From the human T2T-CHM13v2.0 reference genome, Homo sapiens: 64,000 nt of DNA. Location of the stretch: the NCBI RefSeq assembly GCF_009914755.1, contig NC_060932.1. One strand, written 5' to 3'. Under the pieces are notes generated by a model that was given only the letters and a program-made list of their open reading frames with translations, ran no database searches and was not told where the DNA came from. Shown here piece by piece: positions 1 through 14,167 of this stretch (the stretch's first letter is position 1; every line of letters starts with the position of its first letter). A program made the translations under genes and the position numbers.

Positions 1-3000
1 ACACTCACATTAGTTTTGCTACTTTGTAGTTTTCCTTGGACTTTCAAATAAACAATGATCTTGCCCATTAACAATAATTGATTCTCTCTTTCCAGTCTTT
101 ATGCCTATTATTTATTCTTCTAGTCTCACTGCACTGGCCAAGATCTCCAGTGCAACATGGAACAGATGTATTAATACAATATCCCATTCCTGTACTATTG
201 CTGACATTAAGGAACATCTCTAAAGTTGTACCATTAACTTGTAACAATAACTATGGGTTTTGGTAAGCTATCATTTATCGTACTAATACGTTTATTCATC
301 TATTAAGAGGATGTTTTATTTTTAAAATCCTAAGTGAATATAACTTGCATTTTGCTGGTTCTCCCCCTCCAACTCCCTGCATTCACTGAGATAGTAACAT
401 GCCTTTTCTCTTTAACCTATTAACATGGTATATACTATGTGAAAAGATTTTACAGTGTTAAATCATTCTCCCATATGGAAATAATCCTTACTTGGTCACA
501 ATGAATGTATTTTAATAAATCATCCAGAGCTTGTGCATTATTCAGAGTAGATTTTAAAAAACAGATTGAGACTTATTTACTAATACATATTTGGCAACAC
601 TAATCAAAAAATATCTAAAATTTCAAATTTATTCACATAAATTCACAATCACTTTCTAAATCAAATAATTTTAATTTTATCCGTTTTCATGCCTTATTTC
701 TTTCCTGATATCAAGCTTTTTTTTTTTTTTTTAATTTTAGACAGGCAGGGTCTTGCTCTGTTGCCCAGGCTGGAGTGTAGTGACACAATTATAGTTCACT
801 GCAGGCTCAAACTCCTGGGCTCAGATGATCCTCCTGCCCCAGCCTGCCAAGTAACTGGGACTACAAGTGCATGCCACTGCACCCAGTTAATTTTTAAAAT
901 TTTTGTAGAGACAAGGTCTCACTATATTGCCCAGGCTAGTCTTGAACTCCTGGCCTTAAGCTATCCTCATGCCTCAGCCTCCCAGTGCTAGGATTACAGG
1001 CATGAGCCACTGTGTCTGGCTAAGTTATCTTTTCTTATTGATTAATTTTGCCAGGCGAGTGATAACCTCTACCCTGATTCTATCACCACAAATTAGTTTA
1101 AAATGTTCCCTTATGCTTTATGTCCTTTAAATAGTTGCCTACCCCAAAACATGAAGACACTCTCCTGTTTCATTATTTCCTTTCGCATTTAAACCATATT
1201 CCACATGGAATTGATTTTTCTATATATATGGTATCAAGGAAGGGGTCTACTTTTTTCCCCAATACAGCTATCTAATTGACTGTACCATTACAATAGTTTC
1301 TCTTTCTCATAAATCACAGATGACCTAAATGTGTGGATCACCACGTATACAGAATTCTGTTACTTTGTTCTATTTTGTTCTAGTCTACTTTGCTCTAGTC
1401 TGTTACTTTGGTCTATTTGTCTATCCTTATGCCAGCCAACAACAGTGTTAATTACAACTACACTTTTATAATCACAGGTCTTATGTCTGTTGGTGAACAT
1501 TTTTCAGTTTTATTGCTCAAGTTTATCTTGGATATTCTCGGTCCTTTGCATTTCTTCAGTTTGTTAATTTCTCCAACATACTGTTGGGATTTTGATAATA
1601 TCATATATTGAAGTTACAGATTAATTTACAAAATTGACTTCCAAGTCATGAACATGGTATATCCATATATTTAGAATTAAAAAAAAATGCTTAAATGATT
1701 GGAAAATTTCTTGTATTTATTTTACGCTAGTGTAAATGGTATCATTTTATCAATTTCTATTTGTTTCTGATATATAGAAATACAATTTCTGTATAGTTTG
1801 TATTCAGTGACCTTGATAAGTTATTTTGTTTGTTGAGTCTTTTCAAATTTCTATGCACACAACCAGTTGTCTATAAATGGTATTATTTTCTTCTTTCTAA
1901 ACGTTCTATCTTTTTACTTCAGGCCTTACGTTATTGGCTAATATCTCAAATATGTTAAACAGTAGAGGTTATTATTGTTTTTAGACTTCAAAGAACCAAC
2001 ATTTTGGCTTTCTCTATTGTGTGTTATTTCACTGACTTTTTGTCTTTTATTATTTCGTTGCTCTTCTTTTTCCAGCTACTTGAAAATAGTTTAGGTAATT
2101 GACTTTCAGCCTTGCTTCTTTTCTAATGTATGCATGTAAATCTATAAATTTTCCTCCATGCACTGCTTCAGCTGCAACACACTTTTTGGTATGTCATATT
2201 ATTCACTTGAAAATATTTTTAAATTTGTTTTATTCTTTGACCCAGGGACTATCAAGAAATCTATTACATAATTTCAGAGTAGTTGCGGGTTTCTCTAATC
2301 ATCTTTTTTACTGTTTTCTAGTTTAATTCCACTGTGTTAGAGAATGTAAGATGAATGCTTTTGATCTTTTGAGATTATTGGTTTGCTTTATGACTCAAAA
2401 TAGGGTAAATTTTGATAAATTTACTTGAAGAAAATGTGAATTATGTTTTTTAAATCAAGTATTCATATATGTAAAGTTCAGATCCTCTGCATCTGATTTT
2501 TTGGGGGTAGGGTCCGGATAGTCTATCAGCTATGGAAAAAGCTGCATAAGCCTCCAGCTATGGTTAGACACTTACCTATTTCTCTTCTTATATGTCATTC
2601 TTGCTTTATGTATTTCAAATCTGTTTTCAACACATACAGATTTAGGATCTTTATGTGTTTTGGGTGAATTAATTCCTTCATCATTATAAAATGTCCCTCT
2701 TTATCTCTGGTAATGCTTTTTGCCTTAAATCTCATTGCCTGACAATACCACATTCAAACTGTTTTTATTTGGTTTGCTGTGTTTTTTTTTCCCTATGCCA
2801 TTTACATTCAACCTTTTTGTGTGGCCTTGTATTTAAAGTATGCCTCTTGTAAGCAACATGTAGTAGGGAATTTTCAGCCTGATAAATTTTTAAACTTAAT
2901 TCAACTAATGACTCATTTAAAGTATTTGGGTTTCTATTTTGCAACTTTAAATTTGACCCATCTGTTTTATGTCCCTTTTCTATTCTTGCCTTCTTTTAAA

Positions 3001-3400
3001 TGCTTTTGTCTCCATTAAATTGTTAGGTATACATTCTATTAGCCTTTTAGTGCTTAAGAGATTACAACATGCACCCTTGTCTTCATAGTCTAAAAAAAGT
3101 AATCTTACCATTTACCTACCTAATGCTAGAACCTGAGGACAAACTCCAGTACAAACTTCTCCTGTCTCGTTATTGTAGGTGCATTTTAATTCCACAGATA
3201 TTTTAAACCACAGAATACAGCCAATATTCCTTCAAATTTACCCACATATTTACCATTTCCATTGCTCTTCATTTATTCCTGCATTCCAGGATTTCCCTTG
3301 GAATGATTTTGCTTCTGCCTGAAGAACTCTCTTCAACATTTCTTTCAGTGTGTATGTACTGAAGACAAATTTCCATTTTTCACTCAAAAGTCTTAATTTT
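1..3400 (-). mobile_element. Highly degenerate ancient L1 (L1M-type) fragments
   Basis: T-rich antisense L1 ORF2/ORF1-like phrases throughout, interrupted by an Alu. Boundaries approximate. Confidence 0.6.
717..1020 (-). mobile_element. Alu (old, AluJ-like)
   Basis: Poly-T followed by antisense dimeric Alu consensus. Confidence 0.93.
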
Positions 3401-3419
3401 GCCATCACATTTGGAGTGG

Positions 3420-3670
3420 ATCTTTTGTTTCTTGCCCATTCTTCCTTATCTGGAATGTGAGCACTACAGCCACCATTTTTTGATCTTGAAGACAAATGCT
3501 ACATGGTAGAGAGTGGATCATAAAGAACAGAAAAAGCCTGGGGCCCTACTGATCTTGTGGAGTTATAGTACCGGACACCTGGACAGCCTACATCTGAAAG
3601 AAAAGCAAAAGCACAACAGTTTAAGCCAATGTTACATTGGTTCTTTTTCTGGAAGCAAGTATCATTCCTG
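3420..3670 (+). mobile_element. MLT1-type MaLR LTR fragment
   Basis: gcagccaccatttt..., agcctgggccc..., gtttaagcca motifs typical of old MLT1 LTRs. Confidence 0.5.
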
Positions 3671-4606
3671 ATGTCTTTGGTCAACTCTGGAAATTTCTTG
3701 GCCATTTATTGCTTCCAGTATAGCTGTTGTCTGTAATTTACATGGAAATACTCCAGTATACACAGTGTGGTACACATAACTTATGTAAAGTCATCGCTTA
3801 AGTCTTGCTACCATCCTGATAGAACAGTTCACTAGGAAGATGAACTAGTGTTCTAATCAGAGAATGCATACTCTAGTGGAAGCTATTCTAGGTATTGTTG
3901 ACTGCATCTTGATCAACATACAATGTCTTAATTTTCATACTAAATGGTAGAAATTTTTATTAGTGACCTGCTAAAGTAATTTTTTAAATGGGCCTCCGAT
4001 GGTGAGATTAAAGGTTTTCAGACTGACTAATAGCAGAGTAACACATACCACCATTGCAAGAAGAGGCCATAAGAATCCAGCATGGCCTGTAGCCCTTATA
4101 TTTTGGGATGATGTCCTAGTCTAACCCCCTAAAAGGCTCTTGTCCAGCAATGAACACACCTTTTGTTAAAGTAATAGAATTCTGCTTCTTAAAGGAACCT
4201 TTCAGGCAAGATGGTGGTTAGAGCACCTAAATGGGCCAAGAGCAATTTCCTTTAGCCTGCAGAACATGCTAAGATCAGTTTTCTTGCTCGGTTAATATAA
4301 CAGAAGCTGGCATGAAACTGTTTTCATTATAACGTAGCCGTTAGGGGGTAATTTGGCAGCAGGAGTATGCATGAGAGAAGGAAGCTACCTGTCCCCCACG
4401 CCTCAAAAACTTCAGTGCGTACCATTTCTCTACCAAGAGTTGTATACTACACATTCTGTTAGTTCACAACTGCCTCACACCTTCTGTTTTCTCCTTAAAC
4501 TCCTAAAATATATATGTATATTAGATCTTCCATGAATTACTTTCAATTTTCTACCTCTTCTGTGCTGCATTCTAGCTTATTCCTTCTGTTTTAAAATTTT
4601 CCTTCA

Positions 4607-4880
4607 GGCCAGGCATGGTGGCTCATGACTGTAATCGTAACACTTTGGGAGGCCAAGGTGGGAGGATCACTTGAGCCCAGGAGTTCGAGACCAGCTCGGG
4701 CAACACAGTGAGACTCCATCTCTACAAAAATTTTAAAAACTAGCCAGGCAAGGTGGTACATGCCTGTGGTCCCACCTACTCGGGAGGCTTACATGGGAGG
4801 ATCACTTGAGCCCAGGAAATTGAGGCTGCAGTAAGCCATGATCATGCCATGCGATAGAGCAAGACTCCATCTCCAAAAAT
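4607..4880 (+). mobile_element. Alu (AluJ-like, small 3' deletion)
   Basis: ggccaggcatggtggctca... with degenerate TSD aattttccttca/aatttcttca. Confidence 0.93.
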
Positions 4881-5629
4881 ATATAATTTCTTCAAATGCG
4901 TCTGAATATATGCCAATTCTTTCCCCTAATGACTTTAAAAGAGGCCCCGAGAACACATACTTCTGTACATTTCATTCATTCCTTTATTAAAGCCAGTAAC
5001 TTAATGTGCCTCACATTTTTAAGCTAAGCATGGATATTCTGAAAGCAAAACTGAAATGTAAACTTCAACTCTTTCTCACAGACACCTTCCTCTTTCTCCA
5101 CCCTAAAGTCTTGGGTTCAGACAACTTTGTAGCTTCCCTGGGTTATTGTGTAGAAGTTTGCTCATCCTCCTTCCTGAGGCTGGAGCACCTTCTAAGGTCT
5201 TGGCTTTGTGTAGGTCTCAGTCCCAGCTTCCCTGTATAGTCAGGCCATATCTCTTGCTGTTAAAGTCTCAGGGTCCATTGGTGAGACCCACAGCCAACAC
5301 TATCATCCACCTAGGTCAGTGTACCTTCAGCTGCTGAGTTCACTATTCTGGCTGTTTTTTCTTCACTTCTGGCAGCTGGGATTTCCTTTTTCTTTTGTGG
5401 TTAGCTGTGTGTATATTTGTTGTTTTCTATGACATCTCTGTAAGTTTAGAGTTATGGGATTGTGGTGGTAGGATAATTTATGTTAGTCAGAATAAGTAAC
5501 CTATATAGAAGTTCTTCACCCTTCCAGGAAATCCTCCAATCTATGACAAATGACTACTTAAATTGCCATAAAAGGTGAATTGTAAGTACAATAATCCAAA
5601 TAAAACTTTGATTTTGCTCAGTGACAATA

Positions 5630-5850
5630 TGCCCAGCAAAAAAACTATGTTTCTCAGCATCTCTTACAGCTAAAAGATAGCCATGTTACGCAGTTGTGGC
5701 AAATGAGACATAAGCTGGGAGTTTCTGAAAAAGCTTTGTCTTTGTGAAAAAGGCAGCAAGACTCAGGGGTTAAAAAAAAAATCTTGTTTAAGCTACTGTC
5801 TTAGAGTTCTCTGTTACACCATAGCCTAATTCAATCACTAGCTGATACAC
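5630..5850 (+). mobile_element. MLT1-type LTR fragment
   Basis: ttctcagcatctcttacagcta...ccatgt...ttgtttaagctactg...ctgataca. Confidence 0.5.
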
Positions 5851-5867
5851 TTTGAAGAGCAGATCAA

Positions 5868-5910
5868 ATGAAAAAAACACCAAACTCAGAGTTGGAAGAA
5901 AATGTTTATT
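5868..5910 (-). terminator. Polyadenylation site of the host transcript
   Basis: AATAAA (5910-5905) followed ~20 nt later by the GU/U-rich element tctgagtttggtgtttttttc. Confidence 0.7.
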
Positions 5911-7315
5911 TAGCAAAAAGGTATGGAGTAAAATTGGTAGAATAGAAAGGAGAAATTAGAAGTGGGGAATTCTGAGAGGCTGTTTTAAAACATGGTAACT
6001 GGGAAATAATTTTGACAAAATTCTCATAGGTAATGAAGCTTCATATGCCCTTACTGCCTAATTAAAAGGCACCTAATAACCAATTTTATTTGTATTAATT
6101 GTATTGGGAATAATTTTCTCTAACCTTCTACCTTTCATAAGGAAAAATACAATCCGTGAACACCTAGATGGTTCTGTTTTCACTGTATGGCACAAAGTAT
6201 CAATGATTTAACTGTGGAGAGTAGTATCAAGTAGAGACTTGTCTTCTTGTGTTCAGGAAGTATTAGCCTTTAACTATGCATTTTAATTGTCAGGTATGCC
6301 TTTGCCATTTGAACTGTGTTACTCTTCCCTATCACAGCATAATGGAGATAAAACCATTGTTTTTCATTACCTAACCAAGAGTATCAACTAATTTAAATAA
6401 AATTTCTAGCAGTAAACAACTGTATCTATGTGATTTTTTAAAGTTGGTTTTTCTCAAATTTAAACGATACAGTATTAACTGTAACTCCAAGACATATTTG
6501 AGTGTCTTCTACTTACCAGGCACAGTGGTAGTTTGTATGAATATTTCACATCAATCATAACAAGCCAGAAATAGAGATGACCCCTATTTTGTCAAGCCAA
6601 AGAGGTAATATAGCTTGATCACTGTCATATGACTAGAAAGTAGCAGGGCTATAATATAAACCCAAGGTTTTTGATTCTAAGATAATACCTTTTTATAGTG
6701 CCATTATGTTGCTTTTACACAATTTCTGATAATAGCACTTATTAATTCATATTTAGTGGACAGTTTTCTCCATTTGGCAGTCACTTTATTACTTTATTTT
6801 CTTAGTAAAAGGAAAAAAGTGTGAAAAAGGGAAGTGAAAAATTGATCCAATCCTTAGGATTACAATGGCAATTAAATAGCTGTTTAAAAAAGCGGGGGTG
6901 TGGTGGGTTGAGAATGTGGCCAGATTTTTTAGAAGACCTGTCACCTTTGCTCCCAGACCATCTTCCACTCAGAGGTGGAGGGGACCCTGCTTAAAACATA
7001 AGAATACAATTTTATTCTTTCAGCAAATATTTATCATGCCAATGAATTTATAAATATGAGTAAACCCATCTCTGTCCTCAAGGGGCTCACAATCTAAGAA
7101 GGGAAGGGGACACACAGATGAATTAGTAGTACATTTAGCACTAGTTGATAGCAATTTAGCACTACTGAGTACAAGGCACATTTATGGCACAAAGAGAGGA
7201 CCAACTACCTTGGAGTTCCAAGATCAATATACTATTAAGACTTGACACTGGAACTGAGTTTTGAGAAATGGGATATTTTCTGAGTGCTTGGTATGTGCCA
7301 GATAGTGTGCTACGT

Positions 7316-7629
7316 CAGAGGTCCCCCAAATTTTGGCACCAGGGACAGGTTTCCTGAGACGGTTTTGGGAAGAAACTGTTCCACCTCAACTCATCGGGCA
7401 TTAATTAGATTCTTGTAAGGAGCACGAAACCTAGATCCCTCACACGCACAGTTCACAACAGGGTCTGTGCTCCTATGAGTATCTAATGCTGCCACTGATC
7501 CGACAGGAGGCGGAGCTTGGGCCCTAGTGCTAGCTTGCTCCCTGCTCACCTCCTGCTGTGCAGCCCAGTGCCTAACAGGCCACAGACCAGTACCAGTCAA
7601 GAGTCCGGGGGGGGGGCTGGAGACTCTTG
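7316..7629 (+). mobile_element. MER1B-like hAT-Charlie MITE
   Basis: Recognisable MER1 body (ggcaccagggac...ctcacctcctgctgtg) with 8-bp TSD tgctacgt/tgctaagt. Confidence 0.8.
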
Positions 7630-8978
7630 TGCTAAGTGATTTATCTAGATTATCTAATCAAATCCTCATTACAATTTAAGAGACAGGTGGCCCCATTTTA
7701 CAAATGAATCCAGGTGGTTTAACCAATAACTCATTCTACTAAATACTGTGCTCTACCGACATGCACAAACACACAATAAAATAAATAACTGAATGTAGTC
7801 ACAGAGGAAAAGGAATTTACAAGACTATAACATTCTCATTTACATACAAAAAATATGAAGTCAAAATGTGTAAGGAATTAAAGGTTACATAGTAAAGATA
7901 GAGATATCTCATTTCTTCTATTTAAGGCCTGTTGTATGATCGCTTTTTCCTAAAAATAGTTTTCTCTTCCTGGTTTTGCCTTTAACTCCTTCAAACAATC
8001 CATTAGCACTTAGAGCTATCTCAAATCACATGCCAACTTACCAAAGAATGAGGTCATTAAATGACTGCAGCACAAGGACACACAATTTAATAGGGTTAGC
8101 TAATATTTAATATAAGATATTTACTGTAAATATCAGTGTTTTATAAGTACTGATCTGAAAAGACTGAGAAACAAGTAAAACAAGTTTGCCACCTTTTATG
8201 AACACTGCTTCTTGCATGTTCAACCTGTTACACATGGACATACATACACGGTATAAGTTCAAATCCCAGGCTAGCCAACACAATTTTAGAAGAGACTTCT
8301 CTAATATAACCTGCTCTATTCTACCTATCTCGAACGCTTCATACCTTGTAATGTTTTGTTTGTTTTACTGTTCCAACATCCCTGTACAACCTGGACCGCA
8401 TAAAGCTTTTTAGGCACTCTGATTAGTGTTTTCTAATGTTACTCCTTGATAATCTTTTACCTGCTTTGCCTGAACTGCCTGAGGCAGGCTTAATCATTTT
8501 TTAATACATAATGAAATAATACAGACTATTTATCTGTTCAGTTTGAAGCTAAACAGTTGAATGCTTGTGTAAAAAATTTAACTTCCATAGGATCAAAACA
8601 AAAACCCTAACGTTCTTATAATGCAGTTTTAAAAACACACGTTAATTAACTTAAAGATTCAAGGTGGATGACCTTTAAGATTTGACTGGGATACACATCA
8701 TGTGATTTGGTGGTACACACTGAGGGAGCTCACATGAGCTTGGAAGCAAAATAAATTGAAATAGCACTTACTAAACAACTTTGTTGCTAGCACTGTGCAG
8801 GGTCCTTCACATAGTTCTCTTATCTAGTCCTCCTAACAACCTGATAGCCACCATTTTTTTATTTTAATTTTTTTAACAGAGAACTATCCAGAAAAGATGA
8901 ACAACTTGTTCAAGGTCACAAAAATGGCAAGTGAGGGAGCCTAGATTAGATCAGAGGTCTAATTCCCAAGGGTATGTT

Positions 8979-10410
8979 TGTGATATTGTGAAATATATAT
9001 TTGCTCTTCATCTCCATTTCCTAAAGCCCTTGGAATCTCTGAAATTGTAAGAATGTCATTTGTATGATAACGAAATGAATGTTGCTGGGGACCCGTAGAT
9101 AGCTTCAGGGTGGGGTCTGGTCATCGGAAAGATCAAAGCATGATGAGATGGTTGGAGCTTTCAGTGCCACCCTCCAACCTCCAGGGACACGACAGGGCTT
9201 GGAGACTGAGTTAATCACCGGCGACCAATGATGTAATCAATCATGCCTACAGACTGCAGGGGCAGAAATGGAGTAATCCCTTTCCTCCCCATCATATATA
9301 ATCATGGTGGATACCCCTATAATGAAAAAAAGTTAACAAGTATAACAAAGTTATTACATGCATGTGTGTGCACAGGAGTCATACAAAATGTGAAAACTCA
9401 AAGAGCCGATAGATGGCTGACACTTAAGTATCATTTTCATTGGGGAAAGAGGGGGAGCTGTAAATAAATGGGCCGGAAGATCAGACAATGGTTTGTAAAT
9501 GATTCCCTTTGGGAACTAAATGGGACTGGAGAACAGATAATAGATTGGGACAGGTCATCTGGGCTCCAGGTGTGGTGTTTAATTTTTAGTCTCTTCCTCT
9601 GTGATATAAGTTTTAATCTCTGGTTAATAAAATTACAGGGATGGAATCGCAGGCAACTGTGTTCCTCTTTAAGGTCCAGTTTCTAGGTAAATAAGGGAAC
9701 TTTGGTGAACAGCCTCATCTTGTGCTTTGGGAGAGACAGGATTTGGGTGAGGAGAGCTGGAGAAGGCCAAGAGGCCTTGAGGCTGCTTCTTTAATTCAGC
9801 ATGTCAAAGCCCCATATTTTGGGGTATTGATTTCTGAACCTTAACGTAATGAAGCCTCCACAGAAACTCAGAAGGACAGGGTTCGAATGAGCTTCGAGAC
9901 AGCTGAACACATGAACTGACTATTCCCAGAGGGTGGTGCACCTGGAGAAGGCACAGAAGCTCCGTGACCCTTCTCAGTATCTTGCCTATGCTCCTTGTCT
10001 TTCTGGCAGTTCATGTGTATCCTTCATAATATCCTTTATAATAAATGGGTAAATGTAAATAAAGTGTTTCCCTGAATTCTGTGAGCTGCTCTAGCAAATT
10101 AATCACACTTGAGGAGGGGGACCTCTAGCCAGTTGGTCAGAATCACAAACCGCTAACTGCTTGTGACTGACATCTGAAGTAAGGGGTAGTCTTGTAGGAC
10201 TGAGCCCTCCACTTGCGGGATCTGACACTATCTCCCAGTAGATAATGTCAGAATTGAACTGAATTAGAGGACACCTGGCTGGTATCCACTGGAGAATCTG
10301 CAGTAAAGAACTGCTGGTTGTTGGTGGAGAGAAATCCCCACACACATTTGGTGAGAGAAGTGTTGAGTGGAATGTGAGAGGAGAAAGCACTTCTGGTTTT
10401 TTCCTTTATC
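8979..10410 (+). mobile_element. MER21-like LTR split by a nested LTR
   Basis: Starts tgtgatattgtgaaatatatatttg. Consensus caatcatgcctac|gtaatgaagcctcc is interrupted at ~9250-9845. Confidence 0.7.
9254..9845 (-). mobile_element. MER39-like ERV1 LTR nested in MER21
   Basis: Minus strand begins ggttcagaaatcaataccccaaaatatggggctttgacatgctg...gaagcagcctcaagg. Confidence 0.65.
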
Positions 10411-11020
10411 TCTAATAATGTTCCTTCTCCTGCATTGCACTGCCTCCTTAGGAAGCACCAGGAATAAGAAAGGACATCTGCTTTTCACATGTGTCACTTG
10501 ACAGACTTGTCATGATGATGGGTTAATAAAGAGACTAAAGAAAACCATTACAAAAAAAAAATCTGAAATTTACTTTGGCCACAAAGATGAATAGCAGTTG
10601 GACATTCTTGACAACTGCTTCTACTTTAGGTCTAGTGACTATGAAGCACAAAGATTCTCCACATATCATTAATAAATAAATATATATATGTATGCAAGCA
10701 TGTATTAACTTTGCTTAATGTTTTAGTTTAATCTGATATTAATTTCTATATGTTAAAAGTTCATTTATCATCCATGTAACATAGTCTTCTGCACATCTAA
10801 TCATGACATTGTATCAGTGACATAGTCTGGTCACTGCATTTAATACAAATACTGATTTGAAGAATTTATAACATTAAAAAAGTTTAAGATTACAGATTGA
10901 ATGACCATTTAGAAAGTTATCTGAAAAAGAAGGACTGACAATACCCAACCCACAAACTGTTTCTCATTCATACTTATACCTTTACTTGAAAAATAACTCA
11001 GTATTTTGGTGAATACTGAC

Positions 11021-11094
11021 TGTGCTACTGACTACAAACAGGAGATAATTTTTTGTATGTGCTATTGACTACACATAGGAAAATAATTTTGTTA
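11021..11094 (+). repeat. Degenerate 2 x 37-bp tandem duplication
   Basis: tgtgctactgactacaaacaggagataattttttgta / tgtgctattgactacacataggaaaataattttgtta. Confidence 0.8.
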
Positions 11095-13045
11095 TATTAA
11101 GTATAAATAAAATACCCGCCCCCCACCAAATTTTCAGATAACCTATAAAGTGGGGAAAGCTTATCATAATGTCAAAATGACTGGGATATCGAAATAAAAG
11201 TAACTGTATACCTTTTAAGTGCCTTTTATACCCTTCAACCAAAAAAACCTTATAAAAGTCCTCCCTACCCCAAGGGAATTTGAGCTCTTACAACATTTGC
11301 ACAGAAAACAAGTGGCAAAGGAAGTTTCTCAAACTAATTTTAAAAAACAGAACAACCCACAAATCCTGTTTTTATTTTTTGACAAAAGACAAATACTGAA
11401 CATTTTTTAAGGAATGATTTTGAAACAAGCAAGGAAAAGGTCACAACTTTGAAACCAGTTATAACTGCACCTGGATAGTCCCAAGACAGAAAGTTAAGTA
11501 GCTCAACAGGTTCTACTGCTAAGATTTTGAATCACAGAAATAATGTATATTAAATAGTAAAAATACCCTTGGGACTAGTTGTTTTCCATAAAAGTTAAAG
11601 AAAGTTAAGGCTAATATTAAAAAATAATCCTAATTTATATACATATAAAAATTCTAAATGTGAAATTGTTGTTTTATAATGTACTAGTAGCTTTGAGAAG
11701 AATTAAAATTAAAAAAATAAAAATACCTTTACATTTTAACCTGGAATTTAAAACAAGAATATTTCTAGATTTAAAAAACCTCTCAATATGAAGTCATTAT
11801 CAATGAAGAGGATAGTTGATTATAATATTGCATAATATGTTGCACTGAGTAACACTTTTGACATTTACTAAAAAAAAACACATTAAAAAAAGTGGAAATG
11901 AACATAACTAAAAGATAAACTCTATTATATATTACAGATTCCCCCCATCTTAACTGACATTTTTCAATTACTGAAGTCTACAGGAGACATTTAGAACCAT
12001 AACATTTTCCTATTGGAAATCGATGAGAAGAGAAATAAATCATAAACAGGGGAGAAGCTAAATAATTCATGCCAAATGCTCACCAAATAATTATAAGATA
12101 CCAAATCTTCAAAATTCACAGAAAAAAGTTCAAGTTTAATTTCAGAACATATCCCAAAATTATCAAAGACATCCAATTTTACATTATGTTATCTATTAAT
12201 ACCAAATGGCAATATGGTAAACAAGAGGGGAAAACTGAGACATTTTAACATATATCCAGATTTCATAACATTTAAAACTGATAAGCACACATTAATCAGA
12301 AAATATGTGATTAGAATATATTTACTAAAATTCTGTAACAATTCTAATAAATATACAGTGTTTTAAAAAATGAAGGCATGTACCTTCCTGTAAGGGTGGG
12401 AGACAGCTAACTGTAAGTAGAATGTTTCACTGCATTAATTCAAACAAGAAAAATACTCAAATTTTCACTTAAGTACAACATAGTTTCATGTATAGCTTCT
12501 TCTAAGAGACAAAGTGAGGCAAATCTGATAGCCCACATGATCAAAGACCTTATTACATAATCAGGAATGTATGTAATATAAAGATATAAACATATGGCCA
12601 TTAAACAAGAAGAAAAAAGGCAATGAATTAAACACTAGAATTAGGAATTTAACCTACAGGCTATTTTGTAGCCTAAACCACATGCATATGCTGAGTATTT
12701 TTCACATCTAGCATATGAAAGAAAAATTCTATATTTTATGCACTGAGGTTCAAAAACAAATTGATGGGCAATTCCCAAATATGCTTAATTTGGGAGAAAA
12801 ACACTTCATAAAACTACCTTTACATTATATGCTTTGTAATGCATTGCAATATGTTTCTCAAAGTACTATAAATTATAAAATAATGTAAAAATTTGGCAAG
12901 TTTCAAATTAACATGTGGAGCTCACTAAAACATAGTATGCTATGCACCTAAGTACAGAATAAAACAGCTCTCTCGTAATGACAAAGAAAATTAACAAATT
13001 ATTCATTAAACAAATAAAATATATAATTAGAAAAACAGCACTCAC

Positions 13046-13310
13046 CTTCAACAAGTCTCCATGCTTTCATTTCACATTTTTATTTAATCATGTATTTCTC
13101 ATAACATTTAGACATCTTCCACAGGAGCACCAAGCATGAATTCTAATTCTGGATTTAGGCACAGGCAAGAGCATACAGACACTTGCCAAGCTGCTAGGAT
13201 GTGTGTACTTCTTACATAATTTTCGTTTTATACTTGTTTGTTTTGCTTTTCATCTATACAGAATGTGGATGTATCACCAAAAAAAGAAAAGGCAGGCTGA
13301 TTTCATGGAA
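13046..13310 (-). other. Candidate 265-nt penultimate exon
   Basis: Acceptor ttttttatagctttgtttttcag| and donor AAG|GTGAGT; no long ORF. Confidence 0.6.
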
Positions 13311-14167
13311 CTGAAAAACAAAGCTATAAAAAATTAATTTTCAGTATTTTAAGTAAAGACATGAAAATGGAAATAACGTTTAGACCAATCAGTACATATA
13401 TAGAACTAATTATCAGGTATTAGCTTATTTTTAAATTGTTACCTCATTTAGTCTCAACAATCCTATCAGGTAGGTGCTATTATAATTTCAATTTAGTCGA
13501 CTGAGGAAACTGAGGCACAGAGAGATTAATAACTTCCCCCAAAGTAACATAGCGAAGTAACTCGCAGAATCAAGATATGAGCTCCAGAAGCTGGGATTCA
13601 AAATTCTTTGCCACTATATTACAACAATATCAAAGATTCAAAGCATTTCCATTAAACCAAAAAGTTGGCATCATCTTTATTGCAAAAATAAAAACAAGTT
13701 ATGTCTGCTTTAAGCATTATGGCAACTATTTACTGAACACCTACAACACAGCATTAATAATAACTAGCATTTATTGAGTACTTAATATGACAGGTACTGT
13801 ACTAATGAACAACTTTATATTCATCATGTAAGTCAATCCATGCAATCACATACTTATTTTACAGATGAGAAAACCACTGAGGTATGGAAACAGTGCCTTT
13901 CCCTCCTCCAAATCCCGTAGCAAATTCACTTGTGGAGTCCAGATGGCAACAAATGTCTGATGTCAAAGCCCATGCTTGTTAAAGCACACTGCAATACTAC
14001 AAACCCGACCCCAACTACCAAACAAGGGCATTCTTTTGTCCCAATACCCAGAGCCTTATGTCATGTTAGTGCTATAGCAAAATTGAAAAGATACAATAAA
14101 AATTTAAATTGAGTAACAAATTTAAAGGAATTTTAATAAATTTTTAATAAATTTAGAGTAATTTTTC

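Larger units (their letters stand above)
5885..12387 (-). other. Candidate ~6.5-kb terminal exon
   Basis: Acceptor ctacttacagttagctgtctcccacccttacag| with a branch-point-like CTTAC at about -25. AU-rich, 3'UTR-like sequence leads to the poly(A) signal. Confidence 0.55.
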
